DNA from: Mobula birostris
Taxonomy: Eukaryota
Direction: 5' to 3'
Length of the DNA stretch: 64,000 nt
Assembly (NCBI RefSeq): GCF_030028105.1
Contig: NC_092383.1
Span: 86,509,921-86,573,920 of the forward strand
Both the position numbers and the translations under genes were made by a program. The notes under the pieces are model-generated. The model ran no database searches. It saw only the letters and a program-made list of their open reading frames with translations, and was not told the DNA's origin. Numbering within the stretch: the stretch's first letter is position 1; each line of letters opens with the position of its first letter. This document shows positions 62,769 to 64,000 of the stretch, in pieces.

Positions 62769-64000
62769 CTGTGGAAAACAACCAATAAACATCTGAAAAT
62801 CAAACACAGTAAAGATTTCAGCAGTTCTGTATCTCAACCAGGACCCACACGTCTGGAATCTCAGCAGCTCCTCTACCTCTCTGTGTCTCTGCATCCTCTT
62901 ATCTGCCCGAACTGCCATATCTGCCATTATCCCTGAACACAGCAGGTCTCCAGATCAGGACAGCAGTGATGACACTGAGTATGTATCTGTGTGAAAATCA
63001 GAGTTACAAACTCTCTCAGCAGCAAGGAGACAGTCTAATGTTGCAACCAACAGCTTGACTCTGAAAAGGCAGCACTTGTGGGTGTCCTGGAAACCTATCA
63101 ACTTCTGCTTTAAATATATCCAATAATTTAGTCTCCACAGACTGTGGCAATGGATTCCACAGATTCACCAGCCGCTGGCTAAATAAATTCCTCCTCATCT
63201 CTCTTTTTTTCTGAGTCTGTGCCCTCTGGTCTTAGAGGTCCACACTACAGGAAGCATCCTCTCCACAACCATCAGCTTTTCTGTGCTCATTCTTCTAAGC
63301 TCCTGCAAGTGCACGCCCAGAGGTTTCAAACACTCCGCATACATCTGGGGAATTTAATATCTGGAGCCCTTTAGAGTTGATGTACAGAGAGTTTTTGGGG
63401 TTCAAGTCCATTGCTCCCTGAAAGCTGCAACACAAGTGGAAATAATGGTAATGAAAGCATTCAGCACATTTGCATTCTTCATTTTACATATTGGAAACTA
63501 AAGCTGACAAGGCATTTTGAAGCTTCATAAGACTTTGTTTAGGGCACATTTGCAACATACAATAATTTGTGATTCTGATAGCGACAGTATAGAAAAGATG
63601 TGGAGGTTTTAGAGAGGGTAAAAAGGTCATCAGGGTGTCACCAGGGCAGCATTGTAGACTAATGGTTAGCACAAGGCTTTACCGTGGCAATTTCTGCTGC
63701 TCTGTGTAAGGAGTTTGTGTGTTCTCCCCATGTCCACGTGGGTTTCTTCCAGGTGCTCTGGTTTCCTCCCACAGTCCAAAGACCTAGAAGTTGGTAGGTC
63801 AATTGGTTGTTATAGATTGTCTGAGTTTGAGGCTGGGGTTAAGTCTGGGGGATTACTGGGTGGCACGTCTCAAAGGGCGTGAAAGGCCTCTCCACGCTAT
63901 ATCTCAATCAATGAATAAATCAAATAAATGAATAAATGTTACCTGGATTGTAGCTATGGGGAGAAGTTTGACAAACTTGGATCATTTTCGCTGCAGTATA

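Overview
Eukaryotic, repeat-rich DNA. The CR1, Penelope and Rex-like repeat content points to a cartilaginous fish, probably a ray or skate (inference). The minus strand carries a head-to-tail cluster of Ig-superfamily receptor genes built from symmetric phase-1 exons of two kinds: 315-nt CD300/pIgR-like V exons and 321-nt FcR-like C2 exons, which alternate. This best matches the modular domain immune-type receptor (MDIR) family known from skate. Gene A (leader 12466-12505, V-C2-V-C2) runs off the left edge. Gene B is a leader plus a V relic. Gene C is a leader plus disabled V and C2 exons. Gene D enters from the right edge as C2, disabled V, C2, stalk, TM and a tail with an ITIM-like motif formed across a splice junction. 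Between D and C lies an old Gypsy LTR element (37670-46187) whose RT/RNaseH/integrase region is largely replaced by an intronless RBM25 fragment. That element was later hit by a near-intact CR1 LINE, two more CR1 pieces and a solo LTR. All exon models are read from splice signals and translation by eye, without alignment or expression data.
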